The notes: generated by a model from the sequence alone, not told the origin. A stretch of 62,000 nt of DNA from Octopus vulgaris (GCA_951406725.2 OX597823.1:38212001-38274000), one strand, 5' to 3'. Counted from the first letter of the stretch, positions 1 to 12,779 are shown. Numbers and translations: made by a program.

Positions 1-355
1 TCTGTCAAGCTGTCCAACCCATGCGAGCTTTGAACATGGATGTTAAATGATGATGATAATGTTGATAACACTGACAAGACCATCACTGATGATGATGACA
101 ATGATGATGACAGAGTGCAATATTATTTTGTAGCCTCTTTTTATTAGTACTGTAATTCTAAGCTACTTCCTCTCTCTGTAAGAGTATTCAAACAAACATT
201 TTTGAAAGTTGGCAATAACCAGTTGAAACTTGTTGAACCATTCCTGGGTTTGACCAGTAGAGAAAACCAAAATGCATTATCCATTAAGTTTATTTATATA
301 GCAAAGCTGAGTGTAGATTTATTAATGTACACATGTGAACTTATGTGTTTGTGTG

Positions 356-391
<36 letters not shown>

Positions 392-396
<5 letters not shown>

Positions 397-553
397 TTTT
401 TTCTCTCCTTGTTTCTTTCTGTGTTCCTTTCTGTGGAAGAGCGTAGGCTGGAAACATTAAAGACTTTTTCAATTCCCGAGCGTTATACTAATACATGTTT
501 GTTTTCTACATCACCTGTCTTCGTCTTTTGCTTGTTATTTTCGTGAATCCTCC

Positions 554-556
<3 letters not shown>
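392..556 (+). mobile_element. Short Penelope-type terminal fragment with degenerate hammerhead motif (family also at 39115-39281)
   Basis: About 165 bp closely matching 39115-39281; contains cttt-CTGTGGA-A-GAGC gtag GCTG-GAAAC-att-aaag; flanked by (TA)n on both sides. Confidence 0.6.
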
Positions 557-599
<43 letters not shown>

Positions 600-624
600 G
601 TATGTAAATTTAAAGTCTGTGCCA

Positions 625-962
625 AGTCTTCATTTAAGGCCTGTGATATGCAGAAGACTGACAGGGAGAACTATGCACCATAGATGGAGGAAGCTGGTCA
701 AGGAGGAGGTTGACACTTTTGAGAGAGCACACATATTCTACATGAAGAACTTAAGTATGCTGCTCGAAAGTGCACTGCTGGTGTAGTGAATGGGGAAAGC
801 TTGGTTTGCAATGTTTGCAGTTGTGTATGCTTGTCAAGAGTAGGGCTCATTAGCCACCAACAAAGCCACAAATGCAAAATATAAGTTAGTCCTAGAGCAC
901 ACTATGTTCTTGAAGGTCAGCAATGGTCTTCCTTGGTCATGAGTGGGCGACCATCATCATCA
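625..962 (+). mobile_element. RTE-clade LINE 3' fragment
   Basis: Degenerate translation ends ...LVCNVCSCVCLSRVGLISHQQSHKCKI*, the C-terminal Cys/His motif typical of RTE ORFs, then a short UTR and (CAT)n tail. Confidence 0.7.
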
Positions 963-1490
963 TCATATATATATTTTCCCAGATTCTGTACCATATGTAA
1001 TATATATACACCCCTGAACTGGATATTGGTCTGTCAGGATTATTCATTTCTCCCAACAGAGTGAACTTGAGCAAGATAAAATGAAATGTCTTACTCAAGA
1101 ACAAATGTAAACACACACACAGACACACACACATATTAGGTGCAAGAATGATTGTGTGGTTGAGAAGTTTGCATCCCAACTGCATGGTTCCTTGGGCAAG
1201 TGTTTTCTAATATAGCCCTAGGCCAATCAAAGATTTGTGACTGAATCTGGTAGAAGGAAATTGCAGCGTTGTTCATCAGAAAATGGCTGGAAAACATGTT
1301 TAATAAAGAAGAGTTGTTTACTTCATACTCCTCATGAGTCGATTCTACCCATAAGAAAGGAACAAATAATACAAAGTAGTTGTAGGTCATAACATCTGGG
1401 CAACACCGGGGTGCATTGCCAGTATATATATATGTTTAAATATACTTGTAGATATATGTATTTATATATACAGACACGTGTGTGTGTGTA

Positions 1491-1530
<40 letters not shown>

Positions 1531-2168
1531 CACACACACATACACAAATATACACACACATGCTTATGCCTATACCATGCACATACAATCTTGTAATAAC
1601 ACAAAATTAGTGATATGTATATTAAAGTAAAAAGCTTTTATATTTTCATAATTATGAAGTGAATTCTAGAAGAATTGATTATATTTCTAAATCGGACAAT
1701 TCTACAGACTGTTTCAAGTGGTGTATATCAATACTACAATCACATCATTAATATATTCTGCTTATTTGTCTCTCTCACCTCCTCTTTCCCCACCACAGTG
1801 CCAACCTCATTTTTTTTCCTTTTCCTTTTTCTCTAGGTTTATCTTGGGTTGCATTGAAATGCAGAAGATGTGTGTCTGATGCAAATTTATCTTTTAAGCA
1901 TATTTATCTATGTTTGATTTTAAGACTTTTCTTTCCTCATTAGTATATGTATGCATATGGCCATGTATTTGAATGCGTGTGTGTGTGTATATATATATAT
2001 ATGCTTGCACAATTAAATACATAGGTACATATATATATATATATACACACACACTAATACACATGCACACACACACACACACACACATATAAATGCATAT
2101 ATATATATATATAAACATAATACATGTATGCATGCATACATGCATATATATGTGTGTGTGTATATATA

Positions 2169-2660
2169 CAGGGGTTGCACAAAATAATGGAAACACCTTA
2201 AAATTTCAAACAAATTTATTTTAATATTGGGTAGGACTGCTTTGGCAGTAATTACAGTTTGAAGTCTTTGAGGTATGACTTGTACAAAGTTTGAATTGTT
2301 TCCAAAGGAATTTTTGTCCATTCTTCAGCTAAAACAGTCTCCCGCTCTGGTAGTGATGACTGTGGAGGATATCGACTCCTTACTTGTTTTTCTAAAATGA
2401 TCAATAAATGTTCAATAATATTGAGATCTGGGGACTGTGGTGGCCAAATAAGAAGTTCACCTTCACTAGAATGTTCCTTATGCCATTCGGTAACAACTCT
2501 AGCTGTGTGAATTGGTGCATTATCATCCTGAAAGATTGCATTTCCCTCCGAAAACAGTTCCGCAACCATAGGATGAATTTGATTAGATAAAATGCTTAAA
2601 TAGTCTCGACTATTAATTCTACCATGAAGAGAAACCATTGGGCTGGCGAATTTCCAAGAT
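2169..2660 (-). mobile_element. Tc1-family DNA transposon, right end
   Basis: ORF 2252-2638 has FQDDNAPIH and WPPQSPDLNIIEHL (Tc1 DD34E catalytic region); terminal CAGGGGTTGCACAAAATAATGGAAACACC follows a TA at 2167-2168. Confidence 0.9.
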
Positions 2661-2719
2661 ATAGCCCCCCCCCCTTTTATACCCTCTTATATCTCTCAAA
2701 CAGGTGCTCTGATGAATGT

Positions 2720-3600
2720 CAGATATAGTTAAAGGTACCTCATATATAAATATTTAGACATATAATACTTAAACTGCTGTATGTAACCATCCTATTCTCA
2801 TACTCACTTGTTGTCTCTTGCTCTAGATGTTGGTTGGGGTGGGGAGAAACAGTGTACCAAAGTTCTATGCTTGCTGGCAAGTGTTTTCGCAGATATTCTT
2901 CATTTCAGGTGATGACAAAATTTCCACAACTATTTTGCTATCACCACTCCCAAGTACTAAATCTCAGTGTCGCTACTATCAATATTGGCACAATGAAAGG
3001 AAGGAGCAGGGAGATGATTGAAATGCTGGAGCAATGCCATGTTGATGTGTGTAGTGTGCAAGAAATAAGATGGAGTGGAGCCTCAGCTAGATTCCTCATG
3101 GGTAAGAGACAGAGATTCAAATTCTTCTGGATCAGCAGGGAAGATGGAGTAGGTAGTGTAAGCATACCGTTAGCAGAAAAATGGGCAGATAAGGTAATTG
3201 AGGTAGTCAGAGTATGTGATAGGGTAATTACGAAGAGACTTATCATAGGTAAATTAACAGTTACATTTATCTCTGCCTATGGTCCTCAGTTTAGGCTGAG
3301 TGGAAAGACCAATTTTATGAGCCCCTTTTGCAGACCACCTTAAAAAAATGACAGAAATTTGTTATTGTGGCTGGTAACTTCAATGGACAAGTTGGACTGC
3401 ATCCCCATGGATTCCAGGGAGTGCATGGGCTCTGTGGGTTTGGACCTAGAAATAAGGAGGGAACAAGACTGCTGAAGTTCTGTGATGCAAATGATCTCAT
3501 GATCTGCAACACTAACTTAAAAAAAACAGCCAGCCACCTAATCATTTATCAGTCTGGTGAGCACAGAAGCCAGATTGACTACCTCCTCACCAGGCAACAC
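2720..3600 (+). mobile_element. RTE-clade LINE, AP-endonuclease fragment
   Basis: ORFs 2834-3343 and 3367-3771 give ATINIGTMKGRS..VQEIRW..ISAYGPQ..GNFNGQVG..RNKEG..SQIDYLL, the APE motifs of RTE elements, split by a frameshift. Confidence 0.9.
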
Positions 3601-3873
3601 GAGAATTGTTTTGGCTGCCATTTTCCCAACAGAAAACAGAATTTCATAGAAGCATGCTGTGACTTCATTTCAGCCATCGCAAAAATCAACGAACAGGTGA
3701 GAAACATTGCAAAACAAAGGTGCACCACATGGCAGTATGACTTCACTCGATGCTGCTGGCTGGCACACTGATGCCTGGGGGTCACATCAAATGGCTTCTC
3801 GTGGTAGAAGCCTGAACTACAATAGACTTGTCCTACAGAGAACATTTCAGGTTACTTTTGGGTATCCCCTCTT
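3600..3873 (-). mobile_element. mariner transposon, left end
   Basis: Minus strand MAEMKSQHASMKFCFLLGK resembles the mariner N-terminus; TIR-like segment 3845-3873 matches the one at 4090-4115. Confidence 0.75.
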
Positions 3874-4089
3874 ATATATATACTCCCCACTTATGTGTGT
3901 GCGCATGTGTGTGTGTGTGCGCGTGTGTGTGTATGTGTGTGTATGTATGTGTGTGTGTGTGTGTGTGCGTGTGTGTGTGTGTGAATAATAATATAACATG
4001 AGGATAGAAGTTACATATGTATAAACACACACACATCATCATCATCATCATCATCTACATATCTATAAATAAATATATACAAATATATA

Positions 4090-4215
4090 CAAGGGGGTAC
4101 CCAAAAGAAACCGGAATTTTGCAGTATTACTTTATTCACTTCGTTTTACATGTTTACACTTTTATTGCCTTCAAAGTATTCTCCAGTTGAAGCAGTGCAC
4201 CAGTTCAGCAATGTG
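4090..4215 (-). mobile_element. mariner transposon, right end
   Basis: TA + CAAGGGGGTACCCAAAAGAAACC terminal repeat; minus strand reads ..NWCTASTGEYFEGNKS, the mariner C-terminal motif. Confidence 0.75.
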
Positions 4216-4574
4216 AATCATGATATATGTTTCTGCACTCCACATCAACTTTAAGTTGCTGGGTTCATATTCATATAGCATTATGTAAGATTACTCTTAA
4301 TAATTACTATGTATTTGAATATTGTTCAGCAACAGCTGTCTGTGGGTGCTTCATTGGGTGAAGTCCAATTAAGAACTGCTTAATTTTTCTGAATTTACCA
4401 TGTACAATACTTTCCATCTATCAAATAATTACATTCCAGTGGTAGGTGGTGTTTATGAATAACAAACTGAAAAACTCATCACATTAATGGCAACAACAAT
4501 AACTGTGTAACAGTTAATAAAATGGTTAATATTTTCTTCAGACTTTGCTTTTGTTACATTTATTCAAATCCCAA

Positions 4575-4945
4575 AGAATTTCTCTCAACACATGGCTATT
4601 ATACTCCCCCACAATTCCTGCTAATGATCAAAGATGCATATATTGTCAGCCACTGAGGGATATGCTCAAGTGGTTAAGGTCAAGCAAGTGACATGTATAT
4701 TTGTAGTATTGAGCAGAATATTTGCTAAAACGATATTTCTGCTTCAGCAACTCAGTACTTAATCTGTCTGAATTGTAATGGAAAATAAGTCAGTTTCAAA
4801 AGATTGATCTACAGGTCACAAAAGCAAAGTTTGAAGGGAATAGTAGTAATTTCATTTGATTTCTATATAGAATCAAATAGGAAATAACACTTACTGAACA
4901 AAGACAAAAATAAATAAATAAAAATTTTGTTACACAGTGTAATAC
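4575..4945. repeat. Interspersed repeat family E, copy 1 (long match to 58905-59275)
   Basis: About 370 bp alignable by eye with 58905-59275; first ~170 bp also shared with 50060-50220 and 61395-61570. Confidence 0.8.
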
Positions 4946-5952
4946 TGACAATAACTAAGACAATGTGTCCTTACAATAACTAAGACAATGTGTCCTTCAT
5001 GTTACCTACTGTGGTGAAGAAAGAGAAAGCAACAAAGTAAAAAAAACTTATTTAAATGATAATATTGATCAAGTGAATAGTAGAGATAAAAACAAAAACA
5101 AAAACAAAATATGATTAAAACTTAGGATGACTTTTTATGCATGTAAGAAGAAGTATGTTAACAGGCCTAAAACGAATAAAGCTTTCAAGTAATCCTTTGA
5201 GATTTATGTTATTTTTTATGACCCACAATGTCTTTTGATTTCTTTCTCATCATCGTCATGCTACACTTGCTTTTACTAAGTCAACCTTACTTCATGTTTT
5301 GACCTCCTTTGCCTATTTCATTACACGACTTTTTAATTTATTATTTTTTGCTTTCCAAATGTTAAAAAGTTTTACTGGTTACCCTAATATACTTCCTCCT
5401 AAAATAATGTTATCCAGTTTAGCTGCTCTTTCTAGTAAAACCTTAAACCTCCCCTAGATTGTTTCTCTCTTGTGATTTGACACTTTGTGTATGTATTCAT
5501 GATCATTGGTGATCCCAATCGACATTTATGAATGAATTACAACCTGTTATTTAAAACTTACTAACCTATATACTTACTGGCTTAAACATACATTACGAGG
5601 TTTTTACTCAAAACACACTAAGCATGTATATATATCATAATGGGGAAGGCTGGTTTCTGGGGTTACCCTGGGTTTCTCGCTCACAAGGAGTTTAGCCTTA
5701 CAATGTATCTTCAGACCCCAATCATATAGTTATGAATGTATAGCTGCAGGCACACTGTGTGGTTGAAAAGCTTGCTACTTAACCACATGGTCTTGGGTTC
5801 AATCTCATTGCATAGCATCTTGGGCAAATGTCTTCTACTAAAGCCTTTGAATTGCCAAAGCCTTCACAGTGGGTTTCATAGTACACACACACACACACAC
5901 ACACACATACAAGGAAGTTATTTTATTGCATATGAGTAGAAATATAGAAAAC

Positions 5953-7114
5953 AAGAAGTTGAAAATGCACTGGGAGTGTTTTAGATGGTTTATTTTTAAG
6001 GCTTAACTTGTTTCACAGATTTTTTTGATTTTTAAAAATTAAGTGAGATAGAAAAATATGGGGCTATGCTGCAACTGTCTTGCTTCTGAATAGTGTTTGA
6101 AAATTTTCTTGTTTTTATTGAGAGGACATAGCTCAAATTAGTATTTGTTTAGAATACAATTTGATTGGCAGAGGAAGATCACACGATTAAAGTTCCCTAC
6201 TATGTCGGTGCATTAATGTCATGTGACAATATTTTTTTGTGCCACACCAACAGTTAAAAAGTATGATTGCTCTAAATGCGGACTTGCATTAACCTCATTG
6301 AAGACAAAACATATAGATTTAAATTAGAACAGATTCTTACTATGAAATATCATTTTACCTGTTCACCAAAAACTTCATCGTCAATAAATACAAGACCCTA
6401 GTACCAGACAGATTCCACTGAGTCTGCACATAGGCATATGTGCAAAAAGTAAGTCCCCCAGATTAAAAATCTTCCCACTTTACCATTTTTCAGTCAATAC
6501 CATAGATCAAACATGAATAAATAAAAAATAATAATCATGCAAAATTTCAAACCACAACTGAATAAACTTTAACAATTTGCATTCACCAACAACTACTCAC
6601 ACACAAACTCATTCTGCCACTTGATATGTTGAATTTTTTCACAACTAACAATGTAAACTTTGGGCACAGTCATGACATTTTCTCGCATGACACTAATGCA
6701 TGAATTTAGTGGAGAACAAAATTTTAAGCCAACCTACATACCTACATACACAGAAATCATATTCATAGAAACAACTAGTGTCTAGTTACTACTTGACTGA
6801 TTACATTTAGAGGGTCTCAATTGTTTAGGACTGTCTCTAGATATGTTCACTCAACTGTATCAGCCTTAATTTTCAAAAAATATTGTCACATGACATTAAC
6901 ACAAACAATTTCTAAGCCTAATCACTTGATCATCCTCTGCAAATCAGATTGTATCCTGAATGGATACTAATTTGAGCCATGTTCTCTCCATAAAAACCAG
7001 AGAATTTTTGAACTCTAGTCAAAAGCAAGACATTTGCAACAAAGCTGCATGTCTTTCTACCTCGTTTTTGAAAATAAACCATCTAAAAGATCCCCAGTGC
7101 ATTTTCAACTTCTT
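5953..7114. mobile_element. Old foldback/long-TIR non-autonomous DNA element
   Basis: 5953-6239 is a diverged inverted copy of 6874-7114 (AAGAAGTTGAAAATGCACTGGG at both outer ends; TTAATGTCATGTGACAATATTTTTTG at both inner ends). Confidence 0.75.
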
Positions 7115-7338
7115 TTTTTCTCCCTGATACACATATTAATCAAAGTGTACAGTACAATCAATTCTACAATTCACTTTCACACTGGGGATTCAACCAGATG
7201 TTAGATAACAGTCTGATTATGTAACCTTGTGTTCATCAGAGTTGACAGTTACAGAAGAGAATATGGTGATTACACTCTGTTATACATAGATAAATATATG
7301 TAGATACATATACATACATTCATACATTCATATATATA

Positions 7339-7403
<65 letters not shown>

Positions 7404-7516
7404 CATCATTGACATCATCATCATTTAGCCTCTATGGTTTGGATGGCTTGACAGGAAATGGCTGCATTGAGTTTCATGGTCTGTTGTATATGTGTATATA
7501 TATACATATATGAAGA

Positions 7517-8365
7517 AAGAAATGGAGTTAAATGCAGGTGTTATTCAAATCTTTATACTTTCGACATATTTTGAAGAAAACATTGATATTATTCCAGAGG
7601 GAATAAAATGATGTAAAACAATGCGATCTTCTCATCAGGGGAAAAAAGAAACAATATACATCAACAAGCCATTTACACCAAATGTGATGACTGTGTATAT
7701 GATGACTGTGTATATGATGACGGGAACACTGGCAAGTTAATCTTAAAAATAAACCCTTAATAGATTTAATATCAAATGCAATTTAGAGAAAGAGAAGGAG
7801 GAGAAAGAAAGAAAATAGCAGAAATGTAGTGTGATAGATGAATAGGAATAAAGTTTAAAGGTGTGGAAATAGATATATTTAGTGGAAATGAAATATAAGA
7901 AGTCAGTTAAAGGTCAAATTTTATAGATTGGTAGATGGCTATAAGTAATTTCTACCAATCTATAAAATTCGACCTTTAACTATCTTCTTACATTTCATTT
8001 CCACTAAATATATCTATTTCCACACCTTTAAACTTTATTCCTATTCATTTATGACACTACATTTCTCCACTCTTAGTTTTCTGCTATTTTCTTTCTTTCT
8101 CCTCCTCTTTCTCTAAATTACATTTGACATTAAATCTATTAACAGTTTTTTAAAAAATAACTTGCCAGTGTTCCCTTCATTGTATATGCAGTCATCACAT
8201 TCGGTGAAAATGGCTTATTGATGTGTGTTGTTTCTTTTTTCCCTGATGAGAAGATCGCATTGTTTTACATCATTTTATTCCTTTTGGAATAATATCAATG
8301 TTTTCTTCAAAATATGTTGGAAGTATAAAGATTTAAATAACACCTGCATTTAACTCCATTTCTTT
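7517..8365. repeat. Large hairpin: ~420-bp inverted arms, each with a hammerhead-like motif
   Basis: 7517-7935 pairs with 7951-8365 around a 15-nt spacer; CTGATGA cores at 7632-7638 (minus) and 8243-8249 (plus). Confidence 0.9.
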
Positions 8366-8454
8366 ATTTATCTGTTATACAAAAACATTTCACTAAACCC
8401 TGGAATTTCTGCCTTTATAAGTAGGCTGTAACATCCTTGGTACTTATGTGAATT

Positions 8455-8870
8455 TTTTGCTACCCTGGTTAGAAGACTGCTGTAGATTGTGGTACGTTGT
8501 ATTCAGTTCTCAAGCGTAAGCTCATGTGGAACTCAAATTCCCTCTTTGCATGTTTTCCCAATTTGCTTGAGATGTTCATGAATAGTTGAGCATGACACAT
8601 TAAATTTTTGCACCAAATCTCTGGCACTTTGACATTGTTCCAGTACAATAGTCTCATTCAAAAGGTCAGAGTGGGTTGTCTTCCAGAGTGAGGATTGTCA
8701 GATATGACACAATCACCATCTTTAAACCTTTTTAAAACTCAGATGACATGTACAAGCTTTCACTGCATCTGGATACACTTCACAAATGTTTTTCATTGCC
8801 TCTGTAATGGTATTTTTCTTTTGAAACTCATACAGTAAACAATGGAAAATATGTTGTTTGATAAAATTCT
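8455..8870 (-). mobile_element. mariner transposase N-terminal fragment
   Basis: Minus strand HIFHCLLYEFQK..TEAMKNICEVYPDAV..FKDGD..GKTCKEGI*VPHEL (helix-turn-helix region and WVPHEL motif). Confidence 0.85.
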
Positions 8871-8887
8871 TATATATATATATATAT

Positions 8888-10015
8888 ACTTTGATACTTT
8901 GATAGGTTTCGGCCATCATTGGCCCAGGCCATGTCTAACTTAATAGCACCACCTGGTGAAGTCTTTCAAGTTGAATTTGGGCACTATGGCCCACTCAAAT
9001 AGAGAGTTATTGTTTACAGAGACATATCCGGGTGTAGGGGGTTTATCCGGGATTTCTTGAAGGAATCTGTCCAAAGACTTCTTGAACCCTATAGGGTCAG
9101 TTTCTATTTTAATGTGTTTTGGTGTAATGTTAGAGAGCGGGGCCAATTGAGGTGAAATAATTGTGCCGTATTGTTGTTATGAGATGAGAGTGCGATTTTT
9201 GTTTTGGGCGGATGGCACGGGGCCCAAGCCTTGGATGTACCTTGAAGGTGATGCCAACATCATTTGGGCAATGCTGATGGAATATTTTCCACATCATGCA
9301 GATGATGTAGCGCTCACGACGACGTTGGAAAGAATAGAGTTTTAGCTTTTCTAGTCGACCCCAATAGTCGAGGCCTGTCATGCCATCTATCTTTTTTGTG
9401 ATTGCCCTTTGAGGTGCTTCAACTTTTATGATACCTTGTATTGTGTGGGGAGACCACAGTGGACAACAGTATTCAAGGTGGGGTCGGGCAAAAGTGGAGA
9501 AGAGAAGGATAATGGTGTGGATATCTCTCGACTGGAAAGTTCTGAGAATCCAGGAACACATTCTGCGGGCCATGTCAACTTTGGTGTTTATATGAGTGGC
9601 CCAGCTTATGTTGTTGTCCACAATTACTCCCAAGTCTCTGATGTTGTTGGACGCCGCGAGAGTTTCACCTGAAGGAAGGGAGTATGGGAGTTTCAGGGCA
9701 TCCTCTTTTCCAAAGTGGATTAGCTCAAATTTATCCTCGTTCAGCAGCATATTGTTTTTTTCTGCCCATTGGATAACAGCCAGTAGATCTGACTGAAGGC
9801 ATGTCCGGTCACTCGCCTCAATTATGACCTTCTGTAGCTTGGAGTCATCTGCAAAGATTTTTATGTTGCTGTGCTTGATGATGTCATTAATATCATTAAT
9901 GTAAATGATGAAAAGAAGTGGGCCCAGCACAGTGCCTTGCGGAACGCCACTACTGACTTTGGCTGGGCTTGATTTTACCCCTTCAACTACAACATGTTGA
10001 GATCTGTCTGTCAGG

Positions 10016-10018
<3 letters not shown>
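8888..10018 (-). mobile_element. CR1-clade LINE, 5'-truncated, reverse-transcriptase C-terminal half and 3' end
   Basis: ORF 9130-10245 contains GVPQGTVLGPLLF, FADD, DLGVIVD and RPHLEYC..WSP; frame continues past one stop into ORF 8940-9146; ends in (TATCAAAG)x2 octamer tail; both ends abut (TA)n. Confidence 0.95.
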
Positions 10019-10053
<35 letters not shown>

Positions 10054-10054
10054 C

Positions 10055-10102
10055 AAAAACTGTCCGATGAATGGCAACGGGAAACTCAGAGTAACAGGTT
10101 TT
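10055..10102 (+). ncRNA. Hammerhead-like motif in a 75-bp island between (TA)n tracts
   Basis: AAAAACTGT-CCGATGA-ATGGCAACGG-GAAA-CTCAGAG-TA-ACAGGTTTT: stem I and stem III pair; U4C change and weak stem II. Confidence 0.5.
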
Positions 10103-10129
10103 GTTGAATTTTCTGCTGCTTTAAATAAA

Positions 10130-10221
<92 letters not shown>

Positions 10222-11611
10222 ATATATATACACATATTCTAGCATACATGCACTGAGCTTCTTTCAGTTTCTGTCTACCACATTCACTCACGTGGCTTTG
10301 ATTCACCTGGGGCTACAATAGATGCTCGCCCAGATGCCACATATTGAAACTGAACCTGAAACCAGGTATGGGAAGCAAATTTCTTAGCCAAACAGCCATC
10401 CCTCAATATCTATGATAACTGTATTGTCAAATTCTTTCATTGTAAGAGTGTTGGAAAGGCCGTTCTCTGGTGTGAGCAAAGTTCATGGTAGTCAGTAGGT
10501 TGAAAGAAAGTAGAGATCCAGCAAAGATTTCTTGGTGCTTGGACGTTTGTATGATAATCTTTTGTGAGGTAGGATCTTGAGAATTGTTTTATCTGGCAAG
10601 AAAGATATGAAAAGCTACAGTCAATCAAACATAGCCATCAAGAACTAAATGTATGCAAGTAAAAGGAGACAAACCACAAAAACTTGAGTTTATAGTTTTT
10701 AATTTCCCTAGCAAACATGAATTCACATTTATCTTCTGTTGCATATCTGAGATTAAGGCTTCATATTATGTAAGACATCATTAATGAAAATGGCCTGGTC
10801 TCTTAATCTAGTGCATATATTTACAAAGATAAACAGTATCCATCTTTTTTCACTTAAAAAACCCCACCATCAATATTAATCTTTTTAACAAATAAACATC
10901 CAAAATATGATAATTTCTCTTCAGATTGGTACAAAAGCAAAGATTTACTGAACTGTTGGTAGAATCAATTGAATCAATCACTGCATCTTATTGTAAATTA
11001 TTATTTTATTGATCTTAGAAGCAAGGAAGACAAAATCAAAAGATAGTGTGAGGTTAGAAATAAATTTCCTTTGTAAAGACATGCCAGAGTGAACTGACTG
11101 ACTAAATCCCCAGTTTATCCTTAAAGTGATCAACTTGATAGAAATACTGAGATAAGATAAGGTTGCTTGGAAATAGGTTGTTATGTAAGATAGCTTGAAG
11201 TGAGAATTATGATGAGGATGATGATGGTGGTGGTGGTGGTGGTGGTGGTGGTGATAATGATAGTAACAATTTCAATGACAATGACAATGCTACTGCTGCT
11301 GCTGCTACTACTGCTGCTACTGCTGATGCTACCACCACTGATGTTGATGATGATGACAGTTACAAAGAATAAATGAAAAACAGAAGACTGGTAAAAACTG
11401 TCAGGAATTACATTTGGGAATTTTTGTTCTATTACTTGTGGAAGAGGGAAACCCAAGAAGTCCTTGTGTTCGTGTTTGTCGTGCCATAATCACTTGACAA
11501 CCAGTGTTGGTTTGCATATGTCCTTGTAACTTAACAGTTCAACAAAAGAGAATAAGTACTAGATTTCAAAGTAATATAAGTACTGGGATTGATTCGTTTG
11601 ACTAAAACCTT

Positions 11612-12772
11612 CATCATCATCATCATCATCATCATTTAGTGTCTGTTGTCCATGCTGGCATGGGCTAAATGGTTTGACCAGGGATGGTAAGCTGAGAGGC
11701 TGCACCAGACCCTAGTTTGATTTGGCATGGCTTCTATGGCTGCTAGAGTGTAATGGGTGCTTTTATGGGTATCAGTTTGCATGACACCAATATCTGCCTG
11801 GCTTGATAGGTCTGCTTCTCAAGCACAGCATATTGCCAGAGGTCTTGGTCATTTGCCATTGCCTCCGTGAGGCCCAGCACTCAGAAGGTGCTTTTTACGT
11901 ACCACTGGCACAGGTGCTATTTACCCAACACCAGCATTGGCCACATTGCCTCTATGAGGCCCAATACTTGAAAGGTGCTTTTTATGTGCTACCAGCATGG
12001 ATGCCAGTTAAGTGAGACTAACAACGACCACGGCTATGATTTCACTTGGCTTAATGGGTCTTCTCAAGCATAGCATATCGCCAAAGGTCTCAGTCACTAG
12101 TCATTGACTCCATGAGGCCCAACGCTTAAAGATCATGCTTCACCACCTTGTCCCATGCCTTCTTGGGTCTCCCTCTTCCACAGCTTCCTTCCACTAGTGG
12201 AGATCACCACTTCTTCACACAACTGTCCACATCCATATGCATCACCTGACTAAACCAATGCAGTCGTCTCTATTTTACACCACATCTGATGCCTGTTATG
12301 CCCAGCTTTTCTCTGTCGAACATACACACTGACAATACACATCCAGTGAAGCATGCTAGCCTAATTTCTTTCAAGCTTACACATGTCCTCAGCAGTTGCA
12401 GCCCATGTTTCACTGCTGTGTAACATGACTGTTTGCACACAGAGATCATACAAGCTGTCTTTCGCTCTGAGGGAGAGGCACTTTGTTACCAACAAGGTAG
12501 GGGTTCTCTGAACTTTACCAACCTATTCTTATTCTAGCAGCTCTGCTCTCAGAGATAACAGAAATTATCAACTACTTCTAGTTTTCCCCTTTGGAATTTG
12601 ATGGGACCTATGTTTTGCACGTTTTTAATGTTAATTGTACCTGTGCACCTACCACACACCAAAACTATTTTCCCTGTTAAGCTTCCTCTGATATTGCTGC
12701 ACCTCTTATGTATCCATAGCTTACACTGGGTACATCTTACGGAATTTCTACCTACGCCTTTCCTTATATACG
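11612..12772 (-). mobile_element. RTE-clade LINE 3' fragment with long 3' UTR
   Basis: ORF 12549-12821 RKGVGRNSVRCTQCKLWIHKRCS..LEVVDNFCYL; downstream degenerate RT tail, GGCAC-TAAAAGCACC UTR repeats and (GAT)n tail at 11612-11636. Confidence 0.85.
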
Positions 12773-12779
12773 CATATGC

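Noticed and set aside
4948-4997. Exact 25-bp tandem duplication
   Set aside because: Ordinary slippage duplication with no further structure.
8895-8935. GGCC..GGCCGAAAC hairpin at the CR1 3' end as a hammerhead
   Set aside because: No CUGANGA core or stems I/III; better explained as the usual LINE 3' stem-loop.
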